Assembly (NCBI GenBank): GCA_902592325.1
Contig: CACJEC010000002.1
Coordinates: 10,394 to 74,393 of the forward strand
Direction of reading: 5' to 3'
DNA from: an uncultured Pelagibacteraceae bacterium
GTDB taxonomy: Bacteria > Pseudomonadota > Alphaproteobacteria > Pelagibacterales > Pelagibacteraceae
DNA length: 64,000 nucleotides
Position 1 is the first letter of the stretch. The number at the start of each line of letters is the position of its first letter. This document shows, in pieces, positions 48,588 through 58,154 of this stretch. The notes under the pieces are model-generated. The model was given only the letters and a program-made list of their open reading frames with translations. It searched no databases and was not told the origin of the DNA. The position numbers and the translations under genes were made by a program.

Positions 48588-49690
48588 TTATTAGCTCCTT
48601 TCACATAACTTTTTTTATAAAATGGTAATCCACAAATATTTGCTGGATGTTTTTTTCCTCTCACTTCTAAAAAAACTTTTGTATTTTTTTTTGAGAATTC
48701 ATTTTCTACATATCCCATAGCAACAGGACCATTAACACTTGGGCCAAATGTTCCACTTGTAATTTCACCAATATAAATATCTGATTGATTGAATATCTTA
48801 GTTTTTTCTCTAGCTATAACTCTTCCTTCTGGCTTAATACCAACTCTAATTTTATTAACACCATCACTTAATTGTTTTGTTATTATTTGAGATCCTATAA
48901 AATTTCCTTGAGATATTCTTTCTTTAGAGATTGCCCATTTTAAATTTGCCTCAACTGGTGTTTTGTTTTTATCAAGTTCATGACCATATAAACACAAGCC
49001 CGCCTCTAATCTTAATGTGTCTCTAGCACCTAAGCCAATCAACTTCGCTCCTTTATCAATTAGTTTCTCTGTAAAATTTTCAGCTAATTCATTAACAATT
49101 GAAATCTCAAAACCATCTTCTCCAGTATATCCTGAACGAGTAACATAAATGTCTTGTTCTTGAAATTTGAACAAGCCACCAGACATAAAATCAAGATCAA
49201 TCACCCCTTTAATAATATAATTTAATATTTCAGCTGATTTAGGTCCTTGTAGAGCAATCAATGATCTTTTCTTATCTAAATCTATTTGGTATTTATCTTT
49301 TAATAATTCACTTATAATTTTAAAATCGTTATCTTTACAGGCAGCGTTAAGGATAATCAGAAAACCTTTTTCAATCTTTGTGATTATTAAATCATCATAT
49401 ATTCCTGCTTCATCATTCATTAAAAAACTGTATTTTGAATGGTTTATTGCTAAGTTTTTTAAATCTAAAGGAAATATTTTTTCTAAATCTTTAACTAAGT
49501 CATCACCTCCATAAATAAATAATTGGCCCATATGAGAAACATCAAATATACCAGCATGATTTCTTGTAAATTTATGCTCTTCAACAATGCCATCTGAATA
49601 CTGAATAGGCATTTGGTAGCCTGCAAACTCTACAAACTTCGCGCTATTTTTTTGATGTAATTGATATAATGATGTTTTTTTTGTTTCCAT
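48584..49690 (-). CDS. gcvT: Glycine cleavage aminomethyltransferase T
   Basis: [31 protein letters not shown]. Confidence 0.97.
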   Translation of the reverse strand: METKKTSLYQLHQKNSAKFVEFAGYQMPIQYSDGIVEEHKFTRNHAGIFDVSHMGQLFIYGGDDLVKDLEKIFPLDLKNLAINHSKYSFLMNDEAGIYDDLIITKIEKGFLIILNAACKDNDFKIISELLKDKYQIDLDKKRSLIALQGPKSAEILNYIIKGVIDLDFMSGGLFKFQEQDIYVTRSGYTGEDGFEISIVNELAENFTEKLIDKGAKLIGLGARDTLRLEAGLCLYGHELDKNKTPVEANLKWAISKERISQGNFIGSQIITKQLSDGVNKIRVGIKPEGRVIAREKTKIFNQSDIYIGEITSGTFGPSVNGPVAMGYVENEFSKKNTKVFLEVRGKKHPANICGLPFYKKSYVKGANK

Positions 49691-49700
49691 ATTAACTCTA

Positions 49701-49858
49701 TTTACCCATCTGTATATTTGCCTGAGAGTTTTGCTCCTTCGGCGAGAATTTAATCTCTTTCCAGAGTTAATACGTTACGGTCCTTTTTGCCTGAGAGATT
49801 CCTGGGTGGTTGCTCCTTCGGCGCTACGGTGTTTTGTAGTCTCTCCCGTATAGTCATA
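49701..49858 (-). ncRNA. Tandem glycine riboswitch
   Basis: Minus strand carries two aptamers, GGAGAGA...CGCCGAAGGAGCAA...CTCTCAGGC and CTGGAAAG...CGCCGAAGGAGCAAAACTCTCAGGC, directly upstream of gcvT. Confidence 0.95.
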
Positions 49859-49880
49859 ATCTTACACATGATTATAAAAG

Positions 49881-50759
49881 TCAATTAGAAACACTTTTTT
49901 TAGACTTATTTAAAAGTGAGTAAAACTGCAATAATACTGCAGAAAGAATTATTGCTCCGCCAATTAATCCAAAAACTGAGGGTCTTTCGCTAACAAATAG
50001 AAAAGCCCATATAGGTCCTAACACAGATTCGGACAACATAATTACGCCAACTATAGCAGAAGGAGTTGTTCTTGCTCCAATTGTAATAAATATAAAACCA
50101 AAACCGACTTGAAAAAAACCAGCTAAGAAACCTAAAAAAATATCATTAGGCGATATCATTAGTTTAGTTGAAAGTAAAAATCCGACTAAACATGAACATA
50201 CTCCAGCTACAAATTGAGCTGGCACCATATCTACATTTGGGTATTTTCTTATTATAATTATTAAAATTGCAAAAACTATAGGCATTGAAAATGCTGCTAG
50301 ATTTCCAGATAATTCACCTGGTGAAAGTGAATTTCCAACCATCAATAAAACACCCATCATTGCTAAAAAAATTGAAATCAGAGTTATAACGCTAATTTTT
50401 TCTTTTAAAAAAAAATATCCAAAAATAGCTAAAAACAATATCTGAAGTGAAATAATAAAGTTTGTATTAGCAACAGTAGTATTATACATGGCAAAAACAT
50501 ATCCACAGAATCCAATAGATAAAATTATTCCACCTAGGAACCCAGGTAAACCCGACACATAAAATGATTTAAAAGTATCTTTTTTATAACTGATTATTAG
50601 AAATGCTAAAACTGTAAGAGTAAAAAAAAATGATCTCCAAAATAATATTTGCCATAAAGTTGCACCTTCAAAGGATTTAACTATTAATCCACCAAAGCTT
50701 AAACTTAAGGCACCTAAAAAAATTAACAATGGACCTGGTAAGTTTCTTATTATATTCAT
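49881..50759 (-). CDS. DMT/EamA-family transporter
   Basis: About 10 TM; LSESVLGPIWA. Confidence 0.88.
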   Translation of the reverse strand: MNIIRNLPGPLLIFLGALSLSFGGLIVKSFEGATLWQILFWRSFFFTLTVLAFLIISYKKDTFKSFYVSGLPGFLGGIILSIGFCGYVFAMYNTTVANTNFIISLQILFLAIFGYFFLKEKISVITLISIFLAMMGVLLMVGNSLSPGELSGNLAAFSMPIVFAILIIIIRKYPNVDMVPAQFVAGVCSCLVGFLLSTKLMISPNDIFLGFLAGFFQVGFGFIFITIGARTTPSAIVGVIMLSESVLGPIWAFLFVSERPSVFGLIGGAIILSAVLLQFYSLLNKSKKSVSN

Positions 50760-51703
50760 TATATTTGTGAAATTAAGTTTTGAGTCTCTAAATCATACAT
50801 TTTAAATAGAGTTAATGCACTCCGTAAATCAACTTCTTTAAATTTTATTTTTGAGCCTGGAGTTAATTGGACTAATTTGTCATAATCAGCACTTATTACT
50901 ACGGCAATTTTTGGATATCCTCCAATTGTTCCATGATCGGAGAGCATAATAATTGGATTTCCATCAGCTGGTACTTGGATTACGCCCTTAACCAAACCCT
51001 CTGATTTAATATTATTCTCAAAAATATTTTCTATTTTTGGACCTTGTAATCTCATTCCCATACGATCAGATAATTTAGAAACAGTAAATTCTTTTTCTAA
51101 AAAAGTTTTTTTTCCTTTTTCAGAGAAATAATCAAAATTTGTTCCTTTAATAATCCTAATTTTTTCTATTTTTGTATTTCTATAATCTAATTTTTTAATT
51201 TCTAAATTCTTTTTTATATTAGAAATACTTATTTTTTGACCAACTTCTAATTTTTTTCCATTATTCGCACCTATATTTGCTTTGGTGTTAGTAGAATAAC
51301 TATACCATTGGTATTCTAAATCAAATTTTGCGCTAACAGCTAGATACCCATAAACAGATTTATTAGTTGAAATAATATCTAATTCATCACCATTTTCTAA
51401 AATCAAAGATTTATAACATGTACCATTAATCAAATTATTATTTTTTTTAATTGTAAAATTTACATCTCCAGTGATAGCAATGATAATCTTATCTCCATGA
51501 TATTTTAATAAAGGACCCTGGTAAGCAAATTCTAATACAGGATAATTTAATTTATTTGCTGTAAGCTTATTTGATAATAAATAATTTCTATTATCCATTG
51601 CACCACTAAAAGGAATTCCTACATGATAAAGATTATTTCTACCTTGATCTTGAAATGTTGAATTAATGCCAGATCTTTTAACTTCAAAATAATTATTATT
51701 CAT
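50759..51703 (-). CDS. pxpC: 5-oxoprolinase subunit C
   Basis: QDQGR, SGAMD, SDRMG.RL, G.IQVP.DG.PII...D..TIGGYPK. Confidence 0.9.
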   Translation of the reverse strand: MNNNYFEVKRSGINSTFQDQGRNNLYHVGIPFSGAMDNRNYLLSNKLTANKLNYPVLEFAYQGPLLKYHGDKIIIAITGDVNFTIKKNNNLINGTCYKSLILENGDELDIISTNKSVYGYLAVSAKFDLEYQWYSYSTNTKANIGANNGKKLEVGQKISISNIKKNLEIKKLDYRNTKIEKIRIIKGTNFDYFSEKGKKTFLEKEFTVSKLSDRMGMRLQGPKIENIFENNIKSEGLVKGVIQVPADGNPIIMLSDHGTIGGYPKIAVVISADYDKLVQLTPGSKIKFKEVDLRSALTLFKMYDLETQNLISQI

Positions 51704-52370
51704 TGTAGTTTAAATATTGATCTTTAGTTATTCTTTTAAAAGTAATTGTGTCTCCTGGATTAATTAAATTTGGATCTATTTCTTTAGAACTATCGAAAAT
51801 ATTTAATGGAGTATTCCCTATAATGTTCCATCCTCCTGGGCTTTCATAGGTATAAATATTTGCAAATTGCTCTGTTAAACCAACAGATCCTTTTGGTACT
51901 TTCACTCGAGGTGTTTCAAGTCTTTCAGCCCTCATATTTTTGTCAAGATCACCAAGAAATGGCATGCCAGCAATAAAACCTGTCATATAACAAAAAAATT
52001 CTTTTTCAAAAAAATTTTTATAAATTTTTTCACGATTAATATTCAATTTTTGCTCTAATCTTTTTATATCAAGTGAAAATTCTTCATCACTACAAACTGG
52101 TATTTCAATTTTTTTGTTTTCTAAATTATCACTTTTTTTAATGTTAAGATTTTCAATTATTTTTTTTACAATTTCAAAGTTTGTTTTTTTTAGGTCATAT
52201 GAAATAATTAATTTGTTATAGGATGGGGCTAAATTATTTACACCATCAATATTTTCTTTTTTAATGCTCTTAAAATATCTTATTACTTGAGTATTGATTT
52301 CTTTATTTACTTCTATTCCAAAATCACAATATAAAGCTGCGTCACCAAGATTTAATATATTTTTTATCAT
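51696..52370 (-). CDS. pxpB: 5-oxoprolinase subunit B
   Basis: GD.A, PSY, GF.AG.PFL, R..PR..VP.GSV, SPGGWNIIG.T. Confidence 0.9.
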   Translation of the reverse strand: MIKNILNLGDAALYCDFGIEVNKEINTQVIRYFKSIKKENIDGVNNLAPSYNKLIISYDLKKTNFEIVKKIIENLNIKKSDNLENKKIEIPVCSDEEFSLDIKRLEQKLNINREKIYKNFFEKEFFCYMTGFIAGMPFLGDLDKNMRAERLETPRVKVPKGSVGLTEQFANIYTYESPGGWNIIGNTPLNIFDSSKEIDPNLINPGDTITFKRITKDQYLNYNE

Positions 52371-52391
52371 GTCATGTTATACTTAACAAAT

Positions 52392-53174
52392 ATGACTATG
52401 GAAATTAATATAAATTGTGATTTAGGTGAAAAATCTAAACATCATTCTAACAAGTATGATCCAGATTTACTTGAGATAGTAAATTCTGCGAATGTTGCTT
52501 GTGGTTTTCATGCCGGAGACAATGAATCAATGAATCAAGTAGTTCAGATATCAAAACAAAACAGCGTAAGTATTGGTGCTCATCCCTCTTTTAATGATCC
52601 AGAAAATTTTGGAAGAAGTAGAATGAATCTTTCTTCTAGTGAAATTAGAAAATTAATAGTTGATCAATATGAAATTTTACAAAAAATTGCAAATAACCAT
52701 GGGGAATCAGTCACACATATTAAGCCTCATGGAGCCCTAAATAATATGGCATGTGAAGATATTGAATTGGCCAATACTTTGGCTAAGGCCATTAATGAGA
52801 TTAGTAAAGATTTGATCTATTTGGTACCGACAGGCTCAAAAATGGAGAAAGCCGCAAAAAAACTAGATATGAAAATTGCGTGTGAAATTTTTGCTGATAG
52901 AAATTATGAGGATGACGGAAATTTAGTTTCTAGAAAAAAACCTCACGCGTTAATAACTGATCCTGAACAAGCAAAAAGACATGTGTTAAGCATGGTCAAA
53001 AATCAGGCTCTCAATTGTCACAGTGGTAAACAAATACCTTGTGAAATAGACTCTGTATGCATACATGGAGATAATGAAAGTTCATTGGCAACAGCAAAAT
53101 CGATTAGAGATAATTTGCAAAATAACGACTTAAAATTAGTAGCTTTAAACAAAATGGAGAAATTTAAAAAATGA
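52392..53174 (+). CDS. pxpA: 5-oxoprolinase subunit A (LamB/YcsF)
   Basis: NCDLGE, SANVACGFHAGD, GAHPS, KPHGAL, E.FADR.Y, CIHGD. Start at ATG 52392 or 52398 rather than 52374. Confidence 0.93.
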   Translation: MTMEININCDLGEKSKHHSNKYDPDLLEIVNSANVACGFHAGDNESMNQVVQISKQNSVSIGAHPSFNDPENFGRSRMNLSSSEIRKLIVDQYEILQKIANNHGESVTHIKPHGALNNMACEDIELANTLAKAINEISKDLIYLVPTGSKMEKAAKKLDMKIACEIFADRNYEDDGNLVSRKKPHALITDPEQAKRHVLSMVKNQALNCHSGKQIPCEIDSVCIHGDNESSLATAKSIRDNLQNNDLKLVALNKMEKFKK

Positions 53175-53668
53175 TTAAAAATTTTTTTGTTACATCAATT
53201 ATTTATATTTTTTTAATTACAAATGGTTTTTCAGCTGGTTCTAGTTCATCTGGTGGAGATGGAGGTGCAATGAAATCTAGTTATGAAAAAGCTGTTTCTT
53301 ACATTAAAAGTGCAAAAAAACTTGAAAAAAAAGGAAAATTAGAAAAAGCTAATAAAAAATACGCAAAAGCGCAAAAACTTCTTTTAAAATCTAACAAAAA
53401 AAAACCGAATAAACCAGATACATTAAATTATCTTGGTTTTACTACCAGAAAATTAGGAGATTTTGAAAATGGTGAAAAATACTACTTACAGGGTTTAGCT
53501 ATCAATCCAACTCATATTGGAATTAATGAATATCTTGGAGAATTGTACGTGGCAACTGGCAGACATAATCTTGCAGTTGAGAGACTGGAAGTGTTAAAAG
53601 GTTGTAACTGTGAAGAATATGAGGAGTTAAAAGCAATAATAGCTGGAGAAAAAGTTTCCAAATACTAA
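53171..53668 (+). CDS. Exported TPR-repeat protein
   Basis: Signal peptide, Ser/Gly linker, NYLGF..RK, EYLGELY TPR helices. Confidence 0.82.
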   Translation: MIKNFFVTSIIYIFLITNGFSAGSSSSGGDGGAMKSSYEKAVSYIKSAKKLEKKGKLEKANKKYAKAQKLLLKSNKKKPNKPDTLNYLGFTTRKLGDFENGEKYYLQGLAINPTHIGINEYLGELYVATGRHNLAVERLEVLKGCNCEEYEELKAIIAGEKVSKY

Positions 53669-54975
53669 TTTAAATTTTGAACCATTTGTTGTGGTAACCA
53701 TAAAGCAATTTCAGGAAATATTACAACAAGTATTACAGCTAACACCATAAGTAAAAATAATGGAAACGCACTTTTCGCAATATAACCCATATCTTTATTT
53801 GCCATTCCTTGAAGAACAAATAAATTAAATCCTACTGGAGGTGTTATTTGAGCCATCTCAACTACGATAACCAAAAAAATACCAAACCAAATCATATCAA
53901 AACCAGCTTGCCTGATCATTGGTTCAATTATTGCCATTGTCAATACGACCGCAGATATTCCATCAAGAAACATTCCTAAGATAATATAAAATATCATTAA
54001 AACTAAAATCAAAACATAAGGAGAAAGGTCCATATTTTGTATCCATATTGCTAAATTTCTAGGTAGTCCGGTAAACCCCATAGCTAAAGATAAAAATGTA
54101 GAGCCTGCTAGTATAAATGCTATCATGCAAGAAGTTTTAGTTGCACCCAATAAAGAGGACTTAAATGTTTTTAATGTTAAACTTTTTTGGAAATAAGATA
54201 AAATTAAAGCTCCTACGACACCCAATGAAGCTGCCTCTGTAGCAGTTGCTATTCCAGTATATATAGATCCTATTACTGCGGAAATCAGTAATATTACTGG
54301 CAAAAGTTGTTTTGATCTTTTAATTTTTTCTAAAAATGAATATTCCTCTAAGATTTTGGGCATTTCTTTTTTATTAATTAATGACCAAATAATTACATAA
54401 GACATAAAAATTAATGCAATCATTATCCCTGGAATAATCCCAGCAATAAATAATTTTGCTATAGATTCTTGGACTGCAACACCATAAATAATTAAAATAA
54501 TTGATGGAGGTATTAACAAACCTAATGTTCCCGAACCAGCTAAACTACCTAATAAGATTTTTTCTGGATAATTTCTTTTTCTCAATTCAGGAATAGACAT
54601 TTTTCCAACCGTAGCGACAGTTGCTGCTGATGAACCAGATATTGCAGCAAATAATGCGCAACCTACAACATTTACATGTATTAATCCCCCGGGTAATTTT
54701 TGCATCCATGGAGACAAACCTTTAAATAAATTTTCTGAAAGTTTAGTTCTAAATAATATTTCACCCATCCAGACAAACAAAGGTAAAGCTGTTAAAGTCC
54801 ATGATGATGAAGTTCCCCATATAGTAGTTGCCATTGCATCACCTACTGGTCTAGAGGTAAATAACATCATTCCAATTGCAGATACCCCTATCATACTTAT
54901 CGCAACCCAAATACCTGTGCCTAAAAAAAACAATAAAACACTTATAAAAAAAATTGTTAAAAATATTTCAGCCAT
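53665..54975 (-). CDS. dctM: TRAP transporter large permease
   Basis: ALPLFVWMGE, SGSSAAT, GTLG.LIPPS, ITPPVG.NLFV. Confidence 0.94.
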   Translation of the reverse strand: MAEIFLTIFFISVLLFFLGTGIWVAISMIGVSAIGMMLFTSRPVGDAMATTIWGTSSSWTLTALPLFVWMGEILFRTKLSENLFKGLSPWMQKLPGGLIHVNVVGCALFAAISGSSAATVATVGKMSIPELRKRNYPEKILLGSLAGSGTLGLLIPPSIILIIYGVAVQESIAKLFIAGIIPGIMIALIFMSYVIIWSLINKKEMPKILEEYSFLEKIKRSKQLLPVILLISAVIGSIYTGIATATEAASLGVVGALILSYFQKSLTLKTFKSSLLGATKTSCMIAFILAGSTFLSLAMGFTGLPRNLAIWIQNMDLSPYVLILVLMIFYIILGMFLDGISAVVLTMAIIEPMIRQAGFDMIWFGIFLVIVVEMAQITPPVGFNLFVLQGMANKDMGYIAKSAFPLFLLMVLAVILVVIFPEIALWLPQQMVQNLN

Positions 54976-55458
54976 TTAATTTTTTTTCATATTCAAAATA
55001 AATTGGTGAAAAACGCTTATAAAAAATATAGTGGATCCAATTGCTACACTAGTTTGGGGAATCCATATTAATATTTCATCTGCCCCCTCGCTTCTTTCTT
55101 GAAATTTGTAAGATATAATAAGCATTTTAATAAAGTAAAATGCTAAATATCCTGAAAATAAACTAGCTATACTTAAACACCAAATTTCCACTATTCGTTT
55201 TTTATTACCTGAAAATTTTTCTAAAAAAAGAGTAATTCGTATATGGCCACCTTCAATAAAAGTATAAGCAAGAGCAAAAAAAGATGCTGAAGCCATACAG
55301 TATCCCGAATATTCTGCTAAGCCTCTTATATAAAAACCAAATATTCTTGATGAAATACCTATAAGAATAAATACTGCAACCAATATTAAAAAAATTGCTG
55401 CAACATAACCTGAAAATTTATAAAGTTTATTTAAATTTTTATCTAAAGATCTTAGCAT
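54976..55458 (-). CDS. dctQ: TRAP transporter small permease
   Basis: 4 TM; GGHIRITL. Confidence 0.9.
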   Translation of the reverse strand: MLRSLDKNLNKLYKFSGYVAAIFLILVAVFILIGISSRIFGFYIRGLAEYSGYCMASASFFALAYTFIEGGHIRITLFLEKFSGNKKRIVEIWCLSIASLFSGYLAFYFIKMLIISYKFQERSEGADEILIWIPQTSVAIGSTIFFISVFHQFILNMKKN

Positions 55459-55464
55459 AATAAT

Positions 55465-55497
55465 TTAAGGCCACTTAAATATATTAAGTGACCTTAA
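55465..55497 (-). terminator. Stem-loop between dctP and dctQ
   Basis: Minus strand TTAAGGTCACTTAA-TATAT-TTAAGTGGCCTTAA, with one G-U pair. Confidence 0.65.
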
Positions 55498-55514
55498 GTA
55501 TAGATTTAATTAAA

Positions 55515-56486
55515 TTACTTATATGCTGATAAAACAGAGGCTCCTCTTGAACCTGCCTTTTGAGACCATTCTTTAGCCATAGTCTCTCCGACTTTTTCAA
55601 AGTGAGCTTGTAAAGATGCATTAACAGTTGAAACTACCATACCCGCATCTGCTAGAGCTTTTTTATCTCCAACATTACCTTGTTTTGATAATTGCCAGCC
55701 TTTTCTCTCAGCTAAAGCTGCTTGTTTCATCACCAAGTCTTGAGTTGCTTTATCTAATTTATTCCAAGCTTCTTTATTAACAATCACCATGTTTTTTGGA
55801 AACCAAGCTGCTATATCATAAAAGTATTTTACACCATTTTCCCAAATCTTAGAATTTTTTCCAGTAGTTGGGGATGTGATCATACTTTCAACAGCGCCAG
55901 TAGAAAATGCTTGGCTTATTTCAGCAGCTTCAATTTTTGTAGGTGCCATTCCTGTTAGTTCGGCGATCCTTATAGTTGCCGAATTATATGCTCTAAATTT
56001 TAAACCTTTTAGATCATTAACAGAACTAATCTCTTTTTTACTATATAAACCTTGTGCAGGCCAAGGAACAGCATATAAAAAAACTAGACCTTTAGCATCT
56101 AGACCTTTTATAATTTCATCTTTTGATGCTTTATATAATTTCATAGCATCTGAATAAGATGTAGCTAAGAATGGTTGAGAGTCGACTTCTAATAATGGAT
56201 CTTCTTTTCCTAAAGCAGACATAAATCTTTCACCGATTTGAGCCTGACCTGTTCTTACAGCTCTAAAGATTTCTCCACCTTTAAATAATGAACCACCTGG
56301 GTGAGTGACTATTGTTAGCTTTCCTCCACTTTTTTCAGTTACATTTTTTGCAAATTCTGTCGCATTTGCAGAATGAAAATTACCAGCTCCATACGCTAAA
56401 GCCATGTCCCATTTCTCTGCAATTGCTAAATTAATCGACAAAATTAATGAAACTAAAATACTTGTTAAATATTTCATGATTTTCAT
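55515..56486 (-). CDS. dctP: TRAP substrate-binding protein, pyroglutamate-binding DctP6/7-like
   Basis: Signal peptide; QIGE..SALG.EDP..E.DS.PFLA, PWP.QG.Y, KFRAY, FSTG...MITS; GGAGG SD. Confidence 0.88.
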   Translation of the reverse strand: MKIMKYLTSILVSLILSINLAIAEKWDMALAYGAGNFHSANATEFAKNVTEKSGGKLTIVTHPGGSLFKGGEIFRAVRTGQAQIGERFMSALGKEDPLLEVDSQPFLATSYSDAMKLYKASKDEIIKGLDAKGLVFLYAVPWPAQGLYSKKEISSVNDLKGLKFRAYNSATIRIAELTGMAPTKIEAAEISQAFSTGAVESMITSPTTGKNSKIWENGVKYFYDIAAWFPKNMVIVNKEAWNKLDKATQDLVMKQAALAERKGWQLSKQGNVGDKKALADAGMVVSTVNASLQAHFEKVGETMAKEWSQKAGSRGASVLSAYK

Positions 56487-56599
56487 TTGTCCTCCATTTA
56501 TATTTTTTACATTTCATTATGTATTAAAAAAATTAGCAATAAAAAAATAATACTACTTTTAATTGAATAATTATGAATATTTAATATTATGTTTATGCT

Positions 56600-57211
56600 T
56601 TGATAGAAGAATTAATTATTTTAACTCAAATTATCTTTATAGATATTATTTTAGCTGCAGATAATGCAATTATCATTGGATTAATTGCGGCGAACTTTGT
56701 TCCAAAAAATCGAAAGAAAATAATTCTATGGGGTGTAGCAGGTGCTTTAATATTCAAAATAATATTTGCTATTTTTGCTACTTATCTATTCCAATTTTAT
56801 TGGATTAAAATTATTGGTGGTCTTTTGCTTATTTGGATTGTTAATGATTTAAGAAAAGATTTATTTGAAATAAAAAAGATTAGATCTCCAAAGACCCAAT
56901 CTAAAGAACCGTCGTTCATAAAGAGTATATATAAAGTTCTATTTGCTGACATTACTATTAGTTTTGACAATGTGATAGGAGTTGTAGGTGCTTCAAAGGG
57001 TAATTTTGGATTTATGATATTTGGATTAGTATTATCTGTTATATTAACTGGAGCTTTAGCAACTTATCTTGCTAACTATGTTCAGAAACATCTTTGGATA
57101 GTTTATGTTGGATTAGCTTTCATATTATTGGTGGCATTACAATTAATCATTGGAGGTTTAAATGATTATGGTGTTTTATCTATTAATGAAACATTTAAAC
57201 AATATTTTTAA
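56600..57211 (+). CDS. TerC-family (YjbE-like) membrane protein
   Basis: DIILAADNA, ADITISFDNV; TTG start. Confidence 0.85.
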   Translation: MIEELIILTQIIFIDIILAADNAIIIGLIAANFVPKNRKKIILWGVAGALIFKIIFAIFATYLFQFYWIKIIGGLLLIWIVNDLRKDLFEIKKIRSPKTQSKEPSFIKSIYKVLFADITISFDNVIGVVGASKGNFGFMIFGLVLSVILTGALATYLANYVQKHLWIVYVGLAFILLVALQLIIGGLNDYGVLSINETFKQYF

Positions 57212-57222
57212 TTTCTAATTAC

Positions 57223-58080
57223 TTGCCGCTTAAACATTTATTAATTTTACTTTTTATCGCTATTGCACATGGTAGTGCATTTCCTTTCACCAAATTGGTT
57301 TTAAATGACTCTGTCCCACCAATTCTTATGGCCTCTCTTAGAATGGGATTAGTTTTAGCAATATTAATACCTTTTTGGAAATTTAAGATACCAGAAAAAA
57401 AATATTTACCTTCGTTAATAGCTTTTTCAATTTCTATGGGTGTCTTAGTTTATGTGTTTATGACTTTATCTTTATACTACTCATCTTTTATTTCACCAAT
57501 AATTGTTGGTTCTCAATTAGCAATACCTTTTGGAATTCTTGCTAGCGCATTTATGCTAAAGGAAAACATAAGTGCAAAAAAATGGTTTTTGATTTTTACA
57601 GCTTTTATTGGTGTGCTAATAATATTTTTTGATCCTAAATTAGTTGATAATTTTTTAGGATTATTCTTTGCGAGTTTAATGGCATTAGCTTTTGCTTTTG
57701 CTCAAGTTTTTTCAAGACAGTTAAGAGATTTAGATATTAGTTTAACTAATGCATTTACTGGTCTATTTGGTTTTGTAATTTTACTAATTGTGTCAAATTT
57801 AATAGAAAGAAATACCGTCTCAACTATTCAATCAATAAGTCTTAATTCTTGGATCTTAATATCTTACCAGGCAATCGTTGTTTCCTTAGGGGCTCACTTA
57901 TTGATGTTTTATTTATATAAATTTTATACTGTGGGTCAAATCTTCCCTTCATATTCTCTGTTTCCTATATTTGGAATAGCATTGAGTTATTTAATTTTTG
58001 GTGAAGTTCCGACTGTTTTATTCTTATTAGGTGGAATAATTGTCATAACTTCAGTCTTTTTACTTCATAAAATAAGATAA
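57223..58080 (+). CDS. DMT/EamA-family transporter
   Basis: About 10 TM; PP..MASLR, P.FG.....IFGE. Confidence 0.83.
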   Translation: MPLKHLLILLFIAIAHGSAFPFTKLVLNDSVPPILMASLRMGLVLAILIPFWKFKIPEKKYLPSLIAFSISMGVLVYVFMTLSLYYSSFISPIIVGSQLAIPFGILASAFMLKENISAKKWFLIFTAFIGVLIIFFDPKLVDNFLGLFFASLMALAFAFAQVFSRQLRDLDISLTNAFTGLFGFVILLIVSNLIERNTVSTIQSISLNSWILISYQAIVVSLGAHLLMFYLYKFYTVGQIFPSYSLFPIFGIALSYLIFGEVPTVLFLLGGIIVITSVFLLHKIR

Positions 58081-58154
58081 TTTATCCATTGAAAAATTTA
58101 ATTAATCATAATTAAATTGGTTTTTATAAATTGTTAACAATAAAAAGGAAAATA

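Noticed and set aside
49701-49858. Duplicated GC-rich TTGCTCCTTCGGCG / TGCCTGAGAG sequence as a novel repeat
   Set aside because: These are the two aptamers of the well-known tandem glycine riboswitch.
50759-52370. Urea carboxylase/allophanate hydrolase to consume creatinase-derived urea
   Set aside because: No biotin carboxylase or amidase domain; the adjacent LamB/YcsF gene identifies these as pxpBC.
56487-56599. CtrA-like TTAA motifs and other AT palindromes in spacers
   Set aside because: Expected by chance in such AT-rich intergenic DNA.
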